Of a stretch of DNA of 64,000 nucleotides, positions 1-13,780 are shown one piece after another. This stretch comes from Sphyrna mokarran (lineage: Eukaryota): the NCBI GenBank assembly GCA_024679065.1, contig JAGIQG010000026.1:22940001-23004000 (forward strand), given 5' to 3'. How positions within the stretch are numbered: the first letter of the stretch is position 1; each line of letters opens with the position of its first letter. The translations under genes were made by a program, and so were the position numbers. The notes under the pieces were generated by a model. It did no database searches. It was given only the letters and a program-made list of their open reading frames with translations, and was not told where the DNA came from.

Positions 1-546
1 AATGCAGCCCAAAATGATTTCCATCGAACATTAGCATGGCATTTTGTTCCCACATTCAGTCAGAGTCATGTATTGCAGAGACAGAGTATATCTAGCCGAG
101 CCATTACTTCGCCAACCTTCATGGGCAATGGAGCTTCCAACTCAAATCCCTCCACTCCTGGATTATACATTCCTGCTAATAAAGCGTAATTATGTCCACA
201 GGCCTTTGCATAACTGCCTGGCAATATACATATAATATAGCAAATGGTACAGATCTACAATGAGCTTATTGCTGACCCAGCACACTTGTGGCCCAACCAT
301 GTAATGGGGGATGGGGCGGGATTGTGCATATGTATGTGCATGTGCCCAACTGACACTCCACATAGGGCTCACTCTAGATCCCCAAGCTTGCAAGGCAGTG
401 TTCACCTTGCCCAGTTTAATTGCCAAGGCACCAGTGCTGCCCGCACACTGACTGGGCCAGCATCATTGGGAGGCCAATTGCCATCGGCAATCAATTAGGA
501 AGCCACCTCAGATAAAACTGCTGAGCTGGTCCTGCTGCTAGTGTGT

Positions 547-670
547 TAATGTCAGGAGAATTAGCAGAGTAAATATGTGGGGTTACGGGGATAGGGCCTG
601 GTTGGGATTATTGTCAGTGCAATCTTGATGGGCCCAAATGGCCTCCTTCTGCACTATACAGATTCTATAG
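547..670 (+). mobile_element. HE1-type V-SINE 3' fragment (CR1-type tail)
   Basis: GTAAATATGTGGGGTTACGGGGATAGGGCCTG...ATGGCCTCCTTCTGCACT...GATTCTAT matches the tails of fuller copies at 13781, 16952, 21186 and 61028. Confidence 0.85.
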
Positions 671-844
671 TCTACAGTTCCATTCTAAGTACAAGCTCAT
701 GTTTCAAATTTCATCCCCATGTCAGATCCCAAAGTCCCAGTAAATTCCTGTCTATTAATCCAGCTCTATCTAGGCCAGAGATCTTTTGCATATTAGCTGA
801 TGTTCTGCTATACAGCTATCTAACAGGTAATACAGTGCTTGCTT

Positions 845-1145
845 AGTCCAGGTGGTATTACAATCTCCCTGCAGTCAGAAGGCTGTGGGTTCAAATCCCA
901 ATCCAAGGGTCTCAGTTTAAACTAGACAGATTTTAGTGCAGGACTAATGTCATGTGATATTTTCAGAGTTGCCTTTTGGAAGAGATGTTAAACTAAAACC
1001 TATCAGCCATTTAACAGGCATTCAGTAAATCTCTTGACATATTCAAAGAGCAGTACATTTTCCTGATGTTCTGATCACCATCCCTTCTTCCACACTTAAA
1101 ACAGATGGAAGAATTATTCATCTCACTTGATGCTTGTAAGACCTG
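845..1145 (+). mobile_element. Old tRNA-derived DeuSINE (SacSINE1/AmnSINE1-like)
   Basis: B-box-like GGGTTCAAATCC near 887, then GTTGCCTTTTGGAAGAGATGTTAAAC...TTCAAAGAGCAG...TTCCTGATGTTCTG resembling the recalled Deu domain. Confidence 0.6.
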
Positions 1146-1892
1146 GGTTTATTCACTACATAGTGTAAGTCCCAGAAATGATCAAATATTCTAAGTCCTA
1201 TTCCCAAACTTGTATTTCCCATCTTCTTAGGGAGCGGGAATGGGAGTGGAGTTAGGCAGGGATTTGCACATGTGCACTTTGCGGAGGAAGCTGGCCAATT
1301 AAAGGAGTGTAGAATTCAGAATAAAGCAGTAAAAGGAGGTTGGAATGCTTTTGTTTGTGTTTATTTATTCAAACACAGTGCCAGGATACAGAGGCAAGCC
1401 TTGTGCCCAGCCCATCTCAGCACCCAGCAACCTGCAAATTCATGTCAGGGTGGTCTGCTCTGACTCCTGATTCCTCTTGGCCAAAACTCTGACCTACAGG
1501 CAGACGTTTTTAAAGATTGAGTTTACTGAGCTGGGATATATCTTGACTCAATGCTCGCAACCTGGGATGAAGATTTGGCCCCTTATAAATACAAAACAAT
1601 TATCATTTTTACTTACCTGAAACCAATGACTGTACTTGAATATTTACTGATTATATATTAAATAGTTTGAAAATGCCAGCTATAAATGGCAGCTACAATA
1701 TGTACCATGGTGCAGCACTGCCATTCATAATTTCTGAATAAATACTATACAATGTAAGCAGATTTGTGGTATATCAGCAGTAACTGCAAAAGTTTGATAT
1801 GCAACATTTATGCTGGACTTTGGTAAGCATATACCCAAAGTAATGCATGCAGTTTTGATCTCCATACCTAAGGAAGGATACACATGCTTTGA

Positions 1893-3550
1893 CAGTAAAG
1901 ACTAAAGGCCACAACAGTATTTTAGCAAAAACACTAAAGACTTGTGCTCCAGAACTTGCAGCACCCCTAGCCAAGATCTCTCAGTATAGCTAGAATGATG
2001 GCATCTATCCAGCAAAGTGAAAAATTGCCCAGGTATGTCCTGTACACAAAAAGCAAGACAAATCCATCCCAGGCAATTACTGCTCCATCAAACTACTCTC
2101 AATCATCAGTAAAGTGATAGAAGGGGTCGCCAACAGTGCTACCAAGTGACACTTGCTAAGTAATACTCCACTTACTAATGCTCAGTTTGACTGCATACAG
2201 CATCAAGCAGCCCTAGCAAAAGTGGAGTCAATAGAGATCAAAGGGAAAACTCTGCTGAGTGGAGTCATACCTAGCACAAATGAAGATGTTTGTGGTTGTT
2301 GGAGGTTAATCATCTCACCTTCAGGATACTGTCCTAGGCCCAACCATCTTTAGCTGCTTCATCAATGACCTTCCTTCTATCGTAAGGTCAGAAGTGAGGT
2401 TGTTGGCTGGTGATTGCACGATCTTCAGCACCATTCATGATTCTTCAAATGTCCAAATACAACAAAACTTGGACACTATCCAGTACTGAGCTGTCAAGAG
2501 GCAAGTAACATTCATGCCACACAAATGCCAGGTAAGGACCATTTCCAATAAATGAGAAACTATTGACCAGAAACTGACTTGGACTGGCCATATAAATACT
2601 GGGTGGAAGTCTCCCAAAAAGATTTTTAAGCGCCAAATTCCTGTAAAAATTGGAGTAAATCCAGCTGCTTTTTTTCAGTGAGATTTTCAAAATAAATCTC
2701 CCACATTCTGTGCATCACAGACAGCCTGAACGTGAATCTTGATAAAAAATCTGTGGGCCGGGCCTATTCCCGCTGGACAGGCTGGTAGTGTATCGCTAAG
2801 CAGGCCACTGCATGCGCTGATTTGCCATGGTGGAAATTTCTGGCACAGAGCTGACGATGCCAGAAATTCAGCAGCTGGAGACATGCAGAGGCCGTGGCAC
2901 CCAGCAGGAAGCCCACCGCACAGCCTCCATTTATGCTTCCTGGGAGAATCACCCTTACTATCACTACAAGAGCGGGTCAGAGGTTTGAAATCCTGTGGCG
3001 AGTAACAAGCCCTTTGACTTCCCAAAGTCTGTCAACCAGCCACAAGGCACAAATCAGCTGTGTGATGGAATACTCCCCATTTTCCTGTATGAATGCAATT
3101 CCAGTAACATTCAAGAAGATCAAATCTCTCCAGGAACAAAAAGCCCACCTGATACCACGCCATCTGCAAACATTCACTCCTTCTACTACTCATGTACAAC
3201 AGCAGTGGTTTGTACCATCTACAAAATGCAGTGCAGAAATTCACCAAGGCTTCTTAGAAAGCACCTTTCAAACCCATGGTCACTATCACCTAGAAGAATA
3301 AGTACAGCATCACATTGGAAAACCACTCTTCCAAGCCACTCACCATCCTGACTTGGAAATATATTGCCATTCCTTCACTGTTGTTGAAGTTCTGGAATTC
3401 CCTCCCTAACTGCAGTATGACTGCACCCACAACAAATGGATTCCAGTAGTTCAAGAAGACAGCTCACCACTACCTCCTCAAGTACAATTAGTGCTGGGCA
3501 ATAAATGCTGGCTGAACCAGTGATATCCACATACCTTAAATGAAAAAAAA
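1893..3550 (+). mobile_element. 5'-truncated degenerate CR1/L2-group LINE (RT region plus 3' end), interrupted by a MITE at 2601-2954
   Basis: RT-like remnants (VCPVHKKQDKSIPGNYCSI; CFINDL; QVTFMPHKCQ; VMEYSP) with stops and frameshifts; ends GGGCAATAAATGCTGGC...TGAAAAAAAA. Confidence 0.85.
2601..2954. mobile_element. Non-autonomous DNA transposon (MITE) nested in the LINE
   Basis: Imperfect TIRs GGGTGGAAGTCTCCC / GGGAGAATCACCC; flanks ATACT and TTACT; LINE sequence resumes on both sides. Confidence 0.75.
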
Positions 3551-4059
3551 TCTCTCATCTTCTAATGTTCTCTTAGGTGCCATCTATAGTTGGGTCATCT
3601 TCTTTTGTAGAGTTGTTGTCTAATATTGGCCTTTTTCCTGAGATATATCATTGTCCTACATTTGTTGCTAATTCATATAGATACTATATATAGTCTCTTC
3701 CTTGGTTACTACAACTGCCAGGGACACTGTACTGCTTTATGGTGACATGAAATGCCAAACAGTACATGCACAGTCCTCTGCTTTTGCATGTATCAAATGA
3801 GAAGCTCAGGTGTTATGCCATCCAAACAGTTATTTACAGATTAAATTCCTTTCCTCTATGTTTATTTTGTCTGTCACTGTTTCTTAGCCACTAATTTATT
3901 TGCTCAGTTAATGGCTCTGGGTGTTTGTCAAGGATACGCCATTAGGACAGTCTCAGGAAGTCTCAAGACTTCAACCCAGCAGGACATTATCAAAATTCAC
4001 TGCAATCCTTTGGCACTGGGAACAAGAGAGTTGCCCTCGTATGATGTATTGCACTTGTA

Positions 4060-5070
4060 AAGCTCTAGTAAAGTCTCAGGTTGATGGAAGGCTGTCACAG
4101 AAGGTAAAAGCAGTGAGAATTCAAAAATAAATTGAATTTGATAATCAACTGGCACAGGGAAAGAACACAGTTATTGCTTGTTAGGAGAATAATCTCAGGG
4201 CGAGAGGGAGGTACAGAGTTGAGTGTCCCAAGAATCAGTATTGAAGCCTGTATTATTTCTAAATTGAGTCAGTTGCTTGAATTCAGAAGTTCTGTGTAAT
4301 TGGTTACATTTGTTAATATGGCCTGAACGGGGGAAAGGGTGAAAAATCTGCGGCCAGGTCAGAAGTACGAAAATGGATGCAACAGTGGCAAGTGAAATTT
4401 AATACAGATAATGTAAGGAATACTGCAAGGAAAAATCAGTTCCAAAAGTACTCTGTGGGTGGTGCAGAACTAATTAAAGGTGAAAATGAAAGAAAGCTGG
4501 TGGTAACAACAGATCTGGAACTTAACATCTCAAATAACTCTGCAGCAGGAATAAACAAAGTGAATCAAAAGCTAAACTATATTGCTCACCAGTCAGATAC
4601 AAGCCAGAGAGGGTTTCTTTTGCTGAAAATATTCAGTGATCTATTTCAACTGCACTTTGAGCCTATCTCACGTTCCACTCAATAAGACAGAAAAAAGATA
4701 TTCAACTTCTTGTTAATCGGCAGTGGAGAACTATGAGGGCAGCCCTCACTATCAGGGCAGGCAGAGTCCTCAGACTCTAAGGAGTCTGTAATAAACATAA
4801 GACTGCAGAAACTTGGGATCCTCAGCATTGAATAGTGAGTTCAAGACGCAAAATATTAAATTGTATAGAAGTCAAAAAACTGGGGTTCTACTTTTAAGGT
4901 ATTCCATAGCAGCAGAATGAGTGACATAAGCTAAAGCTGGCACCAGATTCATTTTGAGCCAATTTTTTTTCAGTCTTCCATCTTCCAGCAAAAAGAATGA
5001 CGCCAATAAACTTGTGACATAGGAAATGAAGAATGAAAATTGTTTTAAAAACAAGTATGAGATTTACCAA
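4060..5070 (+). mobile_element. Highly decayed CR1 LINE RT and 3' remnant
   Basis: GTCCCAAGAATCAGTATTG (GVPQGSVL-like) and QWQVKFNTD motif; many stops. Confidence 0.6.
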
Positions 5071-6666
5071 GTAACAGAAACTTTCTCTGAAAAGCCATGA
5101 TTAGCTTCCATGAATTGAGTAACCATGTCTTACATTGAGTTGTAATTAAAAATATTCATCTGATGGAAAATGTTACTAAAAACAGTTTTCATAAAAATTA
5201 ATGAATAATAGAGAACCAGGATGCTTGGAAGGCAGTGTGTGTGTGAAATCAGAAGACTGTGGTGATATCTGTTTATAATTTGCAAAGATAGTCTGACTAA
5301 CCCCATTGAAATAATCCAGAAGTCTTTTTTGTGTTCTCCGTGTTCTAATTAGCAAATCATTCATCTGGATTCTATAGCAAACAGACTTTGCAAGTACATT
5401 TTTAAGCCAATTCCTTCATTGTGGGTAAAATAGCCCCTTGGCCCTGGTGCAGGTACATTTTCCACATTCACAGGGAATATTATAGAAATGGATGGGCAAG
5501 GATTAGTTAATACACCAGCTCTGAAAAGGGTTCTGCTAATTCCTTGCAGGAAAATGTCAGGTGCAAATCCATCAAGAGTTTCCTACTGGAACATCTGGAT
5601 CAGAGGAAAGTTTCCACTTGTGGGGTTGGGGGGAACCCTACTATCAGTCAATAGAGGTAGCCAACAAAGTAAATAGTCTCCCATAGACACTGGTCAGAGC
5701 AGTGTTAAGGAAGAAGTTATATGGCTTCTGAAAGAGCACTAAAATGTGCCAATCCAAATAAATTGCATGCCTTAACCTGTTCAAATACTAAGCATCAATG
5801 GTGACATATCAGCAATGCAATATAGCAAGCTGTTTCAATCTCTCACATCATGCACTTCCAAAACAAGCATGTCTACAAAGTTTTAGCATCAACGTGAGAA
5901 CAGCAAAAGCAAATGGTCTTATACAGCATTCATACAAGCATCTTCTGTCTGCTATTTTTAGCATTAAGCCATTAACTTAAAATAGTCAAGGCTTATTCTG
6001 AAGCAGCAAATTAAATGTCATAGTCTAATATTGGAAATTGTAATTTCAATGCATGAATATATGTGTGGAATCTTATCAGCTCTTGATATTTTCAGGTGTC
6101 GGGACAATTTGTGAGTCCTGACCACACATGGATCAGAGGTGTGCCATGTGCCAACATGGCCCAGAAAGCCAACTCCATATTCATCATTCAATAAAGGATG
6201 GCCGTACTTCTAGGACAGCTTGTGGGAGACTGGGTCTGGGAGTCTCCACTTGTCTTTGCCCCTTTATTTCTTTTGTACGAGTATGCATATTATGACCGTT
6301 GGCCACCAGAAGCAGTTACCATCAAGCATCCACTTTTTCTCCCACGAGCCAATCCCCTGTCCTATGATTGAAATGTCCCTTTATTTAATAACTGTTGGTC
6401 ATCCTGCAAGACACAAGAAGCCCAATGGGAGGGCCTATAAGATTAGGTGGCTGGTAGTCTCACTGAAAGAGACTGGCACAAGCAAAAATGAGACACTTTT
6501 GAAAGGCTGAGAAAGGTTTATTAAAAAATGAAGGCTCAAAATTGTCACAGCTAGAATTATGGAGCAAGAACCTCTGAACAAGAATATTTTGGCCATGTCT
6601 GCCTGTGTTCCAACCAGATGACTTTATGACAGTGGCATACAGACTCCAAGGTATCACTGAACTTGG

Positions 6667-6934
6667 GCTTAGCACTGCTACCTTATAGTGCCAGGGACCC
6701 GGATTCGATGCTCAGCTTGGGTCACTATCTGTATGGAGTCTGCATGTTCTCCTTGTGTCTGCATGTGTTTCCTTGCTCCGAAAAGTGAGCTGGTTAGGTG
6801 CACTGGCCATGAAATTCTCTCTTAGTGTACCCAAATAGGTGGCAGAATGTGGTGACTAGGGGATTTGCACAGTAACTACATTGCAGTGTTAATGTAAGCC
6901 TACTTGTGACACTAATAAATAAACTTTAAACTTT
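6667..6934 (+). mobile_element. V-SINE with alternative tail ('tail B')
   Basis: tRNA head TTAGCACTGCT...CCAGGGACCCGGATTCGAT, partly deleted V core, tail GTAAGCCTACTTGTGACACTAATAAATAAACTTT. Confidence 0.85.
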
Positions 6935-9900
6935 CAAACTTCCACAACAAGATCACGTCTGATGCTCTGCCAGTCTTCTGACAGAGTGTGGAGCACACCC
7001 ACCTACAGAGGATCTCTTGGTGGTGGGAAAAGTCTTGAGCTGACCCAAAGTGTAATGTTCCAAATGTCAACCCCCTCTGTCTCCCTTCCAAACCACCTCT
7101 GTGGGGAAGGTACAAATCTGTCCTTTGTTTCTTTTGATAACGAAGCATAAAAATCTAGAAACAGTACAGTGAATCCAATAGGAAAGGACAGGGTTAAGTT
7201 CCACCTTGTTTGATGTTCAGGAATTCTTAAACAGACAAGAGCTTGTGAGGTATCTTGGCTAGAGATTATCAAATAATACATTGTCTTAAAAATTAATATT
7301 AAAAACAAAAATCAAATTCCTGTTTACTTTGATGTTCAGGTATAAGGGTTTAATAAATAAGATATAAAAAATAGAGTATGTATTTATAGATCACTTCACA
7401 GGATATGACAGAAGAAACCAAGAAAACATCTAATTAACCCGAACCAGAACAAATGAAGCAACTCATTTACTAAAGGAGACAGAGAGACAGAAGTGATCTG
7501 TAAAAGGATTAAAGTTTAATTCCACCATGCAATAACTTCTGGGACTAAAACATTTGTATGACATTTAATTAATACCATAGACTTGAACAGACCTAAGAAT
7601 GTAGCTGAATGCAGCTAAGATTGTGAGACTGCAATGTTTCACTGAGTTGCATCATTTTAAAGTGAAAAACCTTGTGACATCTCCGGCCCTCTTGAAACCT
7701 TTTATTTGTTTGCAAGAGAAAATATTATTGTCAACAGTAGACCCAACCTCCCACGATCAGAAGTTTGCAATCTGACAGGTCTGGTAAAGGGGAGTTATGC
7801 ACGATCTTATCAATATATGGAAAACAAAAGGTTAACACGAGACATCTCTGCTATAGAAAAGGAAAGGCCTATCATACTGACATTTCACAAAAATATGTGA
7901 CACTCTGATCAGAAAGGATTTTTGTCATTAGAGTTATAAGTGACCCATTTACCAAGTTATTTCTTACACCACACACTGCAGACATTCTTGGCTTCTCTGA
8001 ATGACAAAGGATATTAATCATCATAATTCAAGCTAAAACGAGAATCAAACTTATTTGCAAGATCTGTAATTATGCAAACTAGAAGTAAAACAACACTAGT
8101 GCTTAATGCATACAATAACCATTTCACAAACGAGTGCTCAGACTTGGCCTTAATGATCATAATGTTGATGTTTCTTCATTTCAACATGTCACCTCACTTC
8201 TCCATACAGGTCTTTAACATCCAGATCAAAGCAATTCATATCTACCAAGCATGTGACTATTCATTAGATCAATTTTAATTTCTCAGGAAATTACAAGCAT
8301 GAGCTGCAGACTGCTGACATTTGGAAAGGTTTTCTTATCCCTTAAAATCTGACTTGGATGTGAAATAACTTGGCGTCCAGAATATCTTTTAATGACCATT
8401 ATGGGCCTGTTACCTTCACATACACCTTACATTTTAATTTCAGGACAGAATTCCTCTTGCAGTTCAGAAATTACTTCTTTTCAGAAGACCTTTGTGGGAA
8501 TAATTTTCTCCCCTGACGGGTATGGAAATTTTGTGGCAGTGGACCAACTGTTTGTTATACACACTGTTCAATTTGTCTTTCAATTTTAGTCGATCAGTAG
8601 GATATGTAACAACTGCATGATCTGCATCCACCAGATTATCACTCATGCTGAAAGTGAAAATGACCCCCAAATGTCTAGACAGAATTGCTTAGATCACTCA
8701 AAGGCAAAAAAGTCCTTACAGATAAGACTATTATGTTACTTCAAAAGTCTTCTATCCTGGCTAAACTTACATATAAAGGAGATATAGCAAAAAAAGCAGG
8801 GTTTAATTCAAAATGTAACCCAGCTTATGTCACCTTATTTGCTGCTGTGCTCTTGTCAGTCAAAGTTATTGTAATGGTTGTGATATGTCCTTTGTTAACC
8901 ATGTTACCTTTGGCTGTGTAGAGTTTGGAAAATAATTTCAGAGATACGTATTTCTTTCTTCCTGCTAAGCAAAGAATTAAATGATTTCCAACCAAAATTA
9001 CATCCTATTTAGGGTAACTGAAAATATGACTAAAACTGAAATTTTACATGCATTATTCATAGTTGTATCTCGCAGAATTAAAATTAACCCAATGTATGCA
9101 CTCTGAATGATGAGAAGGTGACCTGAAGCTTTACGGATCAGAACTGTTTTTTTATGGGCGATAGGTGACAGAGAAACAAATATTAAAATACCGGTCTCAC
9201 CTCTATCACACACTCTTTCTTCTTATTATTCTGTAGTCTATTTGTATTTTCTCTTAAAATCCCTACAGCTTAGATTTTCAACTTATTAACAACGTCTGCC
9301 AATGTATCACAAATTGAACAGAAATATTCCCAGACATTTGAATAACTTTTTTCTAATTGAACACATTGCACATCTGTTGCAGGTTCACATACATAGGGCT
9401 TTCCTTTAGAAAACAGAGGTTAATTTTCTTTTTTCTTTTGGTATTTTAACTTCTGTTTGATGAATGATTGGGTGGCCCTGCCAGCCAGATTTAAGGTCTG
9501 TTAGTCCCAAGCAATATTCTTTCTCCAGATTCTGCAGTCAGCAAACCTCCTTTATGCCTTGCTGGTCACAGCAAACCAATTCAGAAGATTGATTACCTTA
9601 ATACCGCTGTGGTTTTGACTTTGAACCATGACCTTTCCATATAATCCAAGGTTAGGAGCTACCAACCACGACAAGCATGAGGGAACAGCAATACTCATCA
9701 AAGGAACATAATGATCATTAATTAACACAGACCCATATTTTTTCCACAGAAAGGGCTTTCTAACTAGGACGCAAGTAGCAGGGAAATGTCAGAGGGACCT
9801 TCAGCATATTTATTAATTGATGCTAAAGGCCTTCCACAGTTTTCAACATTGTTCATGCTCTCTCCGTTGCATTTCACAGTGCATTGTGCTGGAATCCCTT

Positions 9901-10699
9901 TCAGCAATCACAGAGCTCAGCATGCTTGGCTTTCTTAGCTATTCTTTTATTAGAATTGCAGAGATAATTTTCTTTCAGACATCACAGACAGGGAACAGTG
10001 ATCCTATTGTCTGAAACTGTGTCCACATAGAGCTTATACTATTAACCCTTCCCATTCATAGAAAGACATGGTTCTAAACAAGTGCTTTATCATGATGCTT
10101 CCATGTTCAAGCCTGAACACCACTCATAACCCAATAGCACTCTGTATCCACCTTATTTTTAGTCTACATGTCATCTGCAGTATTTGTATTTTTGAGTGTA
10201 AGGATAGTGAGGAATTTGCAATCACTGATGGGAGTGTGCAAGCAATTCTGTGATATTAGGACAACAGAATGTGTTTAGTAACAGCCATTTATATTCTCAA
10301 AAAAACTATATAAACATATTCTTTTCATTTACAACAACAGTTTGCAAAAATTTGACTTGTGATAACTGGTCTATAAACCTCACCTTGAGTGCATGATACC
10401 AGAAACATTTACTCTGGAACAACTTATCAATGTATGTTTTGACATTGAGATATTGAGTAAAATGTGTCATTATTGGAAAAATATGCTACTTCTCATACTT
10501 ATTGCCATTCACCCTTAGTGCTCAAACAGTAAAGAGCAAAGCCTCAGCTTAATGGTGCACATTATCTTACTTGCATGACTGAGTTCTAGATCAAGACAAT
10601 GCAAACTTAGACCAAAGGTTTGATATCATAGTGGTTACTATACTAGTGCATAATCTTTTGAATCTGGAACTCAAATATTTGCAGGAATGGATTTAGTCA

Positions 10700-11640
10700 A
10701 AGTGGCACCAGAGCTCCAATAGCTCCTGAACCCAGCATCCACCATAAAATGGGAAGAGAAAGGGGCAAGTTGTACTTTATCTATTTAGCTGGTTCATGGA
10801 GGCAGCTACATTTGGAAAAGTGCAGCCTCTTTCAGACAGATGCAATTTTCATTAGTGGATTGCACAAACATAATTTCTTGGCTTTAAATACTTGAGTAAA
10901 AGATCTAAAGCTGCTGGAGTCATTTGGGGATGTAGGGTATTTTGAAGAGGTAATGTATCCTTTTGGACAAATCCAGGGATCGCTTGGAAGAAGCAAGTTG
11001 CCCTTTGTGAGAGGTGAGTTGCCTTTCGGAGTTGTTAAAAATAGACACGAATGAGTAAAAAAATGAAAAGAAACTCATTGAAATTGTCAAGTGTCAGGCC
11101 AATTAAATATCCTGCCCTTTAAATTAAAAGAAAAGACTGTGACTATTTACAATTTCACTAGCTGTTTGTTGACATTAGCCAGAGGTCATCAATATAGAAT
11201 GAGTGCCGCTAGACTGATTACAGAACCTTTCACTCTAACAGTGGGGAGGTGGAACATTTGTAGTTTGATTGAAACTCCAAGTGGCTATGAAGTCTCAGAT
11301 CTACAGCTCTGAATACAAACAGTTATTTTACGTAGGGATTAAGTATGCCAGTGTATTTAATATGTCATTTTTTAAAATCAATGACATCATTTTACTTAAA
11401 ATAGTGGTCATCAACAGACACATTATTTTAATTTATTTAATCTAAGCATGGCTCCTGAGGTCTACCCTTGGTAGATATGGATAAATTGACATGGAAGGTA
11501 TAATAACAAAAGGTGGCCATGGCGGTGTCAGATGTGACATAGTTGGCATTGGTGGGCCATGGAGAGTGTGGGGAGGTGAGAAGGTGAGATCTGGAGAGGC
11601 TGTTTATTTTATTTTGTTTTATAGCTGGGACAAAATCCTA
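10700..11640 (-). repeat. Old unclassified interspersed repeat, inverted homologue of 52430-53700
   Basis: Colinear reverse-complement blocks, e.g. TTTAATCTAAGCATGGCTCCTGAGGTCTACCCTTGGTAGATA here versus the reverse complement of 52875-52920; AGGGATTAAG and AAAATAGTG blocks also shared. Boundaries approximate. Confidence 0.7.
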
Positions 11641-13132
11641 GAACACCATGTCAGCCCCCTCACACAATCTGCCTCTGAACCCAGTAAGAACAACAACAAC
11701 AACCCCTCCCACTCTGTGTTCCCAACGCGGCATGCAAAGTTCAACCTTGGTTTGTGTTCTACTGCAGGGAAACCTGTTTCTGTCAGACCTATGAACCAGT
11801 GGTAGCTCTAACAAAAATTGAACAACCATGTGTTCGGGGAAATATTCCGAGGAAGAAATTGTCACAGGCAGTCAGAACACAGAAGGGTCAGGCAATCTAT
11901 TACAATCATAACGTCAAACTAATCCTGTCATGAACATTTTACAAAGTCTATGCTATTACTCATCTGTCTACCTCAACTAGACTCCAAGGAAGTAAAGTCA
12001 TTTGAAGCAAATAAAAAAGGGATATATCAGGACTGACAGCAAAAGCTGAAGCAAAACAGGTCTACCAAGACTTCCTCCCCTTTCCAAAGCTGGACAGATC
12101 TTTGCATTCTAAAAACTCCTATCTTGATGTTATTCATGGTTTTTGTTAACCCAGAGCTCCAAAGACCAGAGCTCTTGATTTTCTCATCTGGGTGGCCCTT
12201 AAAATTAAGTCCCTAATCCAGACATACATTCATTTCAAAAAGGCCAATGTCTTGTTTATCAACAGTCTGGATTCCTGCAAGATTTAACTAGCTTCCTTTA
12301 AATGATGGTAAGCTCTATGAGATAGTGAATGAAATGTTTGAAACTCTTCTACATTTTTAGCTGAACAAACTTCGTTTCTACCATTACTGGTAATAATTCA
12401 ATCTATTTTCTTACAATAATGGCAGTGTAGTTATCATACTGAACATACTTGTACACTGTGGTGAGAGCAGTTCGAACTAGCATTAAAAGCTATGCTCATA
12501 AAACATTTCTTCAAGTCAAACACAATAAAACATTCTTGAAAGAGTTCAATGGTGCAGGGGATATGTGAAAGAGCTTATTCGGGTTATTTAATCATTCCTT
12601 CTAAATTAATACTTTCCTGCAAAATAACTAATGTTCTGTTTACCATGCCATCAAATAAATAATGTACAACTCCATTGGACTGTACCCAGGTCAAACTTGC
12701 TAATGGGCAGATATAAAGTAAAACAAAACTGTAGTATATTACTTTCAGAGGGATAAGAGCCACCAAATAACAGCAAGTGGGGAAACTATTCCAACTAAGT
12801 AGCCATGCATGTTTGGAAAAAAATAAAAGACAAAAATAATTCACAAAAGTAGAATAATAATTGTGAAGGTATCTCAAGTTTTATATAAGTAAACCCAGGA
12901 AGAAAGTAGTATATTGGAAACAGTAATGCGTAGGGAACAAAATTGACTTTATGGCTGAAGTGATGCATGGGAAGTATATTTTGTGAGAGTCACAAACTTG
13001 ACTTAGAAAAAGGGTGAGTAAAGATTATACTTGCAGTGATGATGAGTACTTCAGGAAGGAAAGACAAGGGACGGGAGCAATGCTTTGTCAATTGAATGTG
13101 CATTTGCTCCAAAGAATATTGGAAATGACGCC

Positions 13133-13702
13133 TGGGACAGGATTTTCCTTGCAGGCTTCTGAGCCCAACCGTCAAGTTGAAATGTGGGGCAGAACCCACT
13201 CTTGGAAACTGTCACGTTGTGATTTTCCCTTGGGACAGCCAATTAATGACCAGTAGGTGAGCTTGCCATTTAACTAAGGATGGTGGGCTGGCTCTTGAAG
13301 TTGGAGAATAAAACAGAGGCCTAGCAGCTTGAAAGACACAACAGGCTGTAATAGAAGGTAGGGAAATCCTTCTACAGGAGGGAAATCCAGCAGCTGCTGC
13401 AGCACCCAGGCCCATATCAAGGTCTAGATCTACCTGGAGAACTGCACTGCCATCAGCCCCACCTTTCCCCTCAGTAACTCCTCAGGTGTACTGCAAAGAG
13501 ACAACCTTTAAGCACCAAAAATAGCATCTGCCACTATTCCAATTGGCCTAAGTAGTTTTGAACTAGTCATATTACGCGCCCATTCCCGGCATCCAATCCC
13601 ATCTTCGTTACGGGATGGAACCAGAAAACCCGGCCAGTAGGGTTACTTTTAGCTGCCACCTGCTGTAGCCCCGGGCTCCATCAGAGCCTAAAAATCAAAC
13701 CC
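13133..13702. mobile_element. Degenerate MITE-like element
   Basis: GC-richer block bounded by GGGACAGGATTTTC and AAAATCAAACCC, resembling other GGG...CCC-ended elements in the window. Confidence 0.5.
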
Positions 13703-13780
13703 TTGATTTCTTTGGTCGGAAAATATATGTCTGGAAGGAGGAATGGTCAAATATAGAAGAATAGATAAACATACTACACT

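Noticed and set aside
1617-1646. Possible 30-nt frame-preserving micro-exon on minus with a perfect CAG|GTAAGT donor
   Set aside because: Weak polypyrimidine tract, and the peptide (VNIQVQSLVS) does not resemble NFI exon 3; needs RNA evidence.
6157-6172. TGGC...GCCAA NFI-like site
   Set aside because: Spacer is 7 nt; NFI dimers need 5.
6098-6660. Possible solo LTR (TGT start, CCAAT and TATAA motifs)
   Set aside because: No clear terminus, TSD or second copy.
9460-9680. Possible ancient SINE on minus (GGTTCAAAGTC B-box-like)
   Set aside because: Too degenerate to assign without a profile search.
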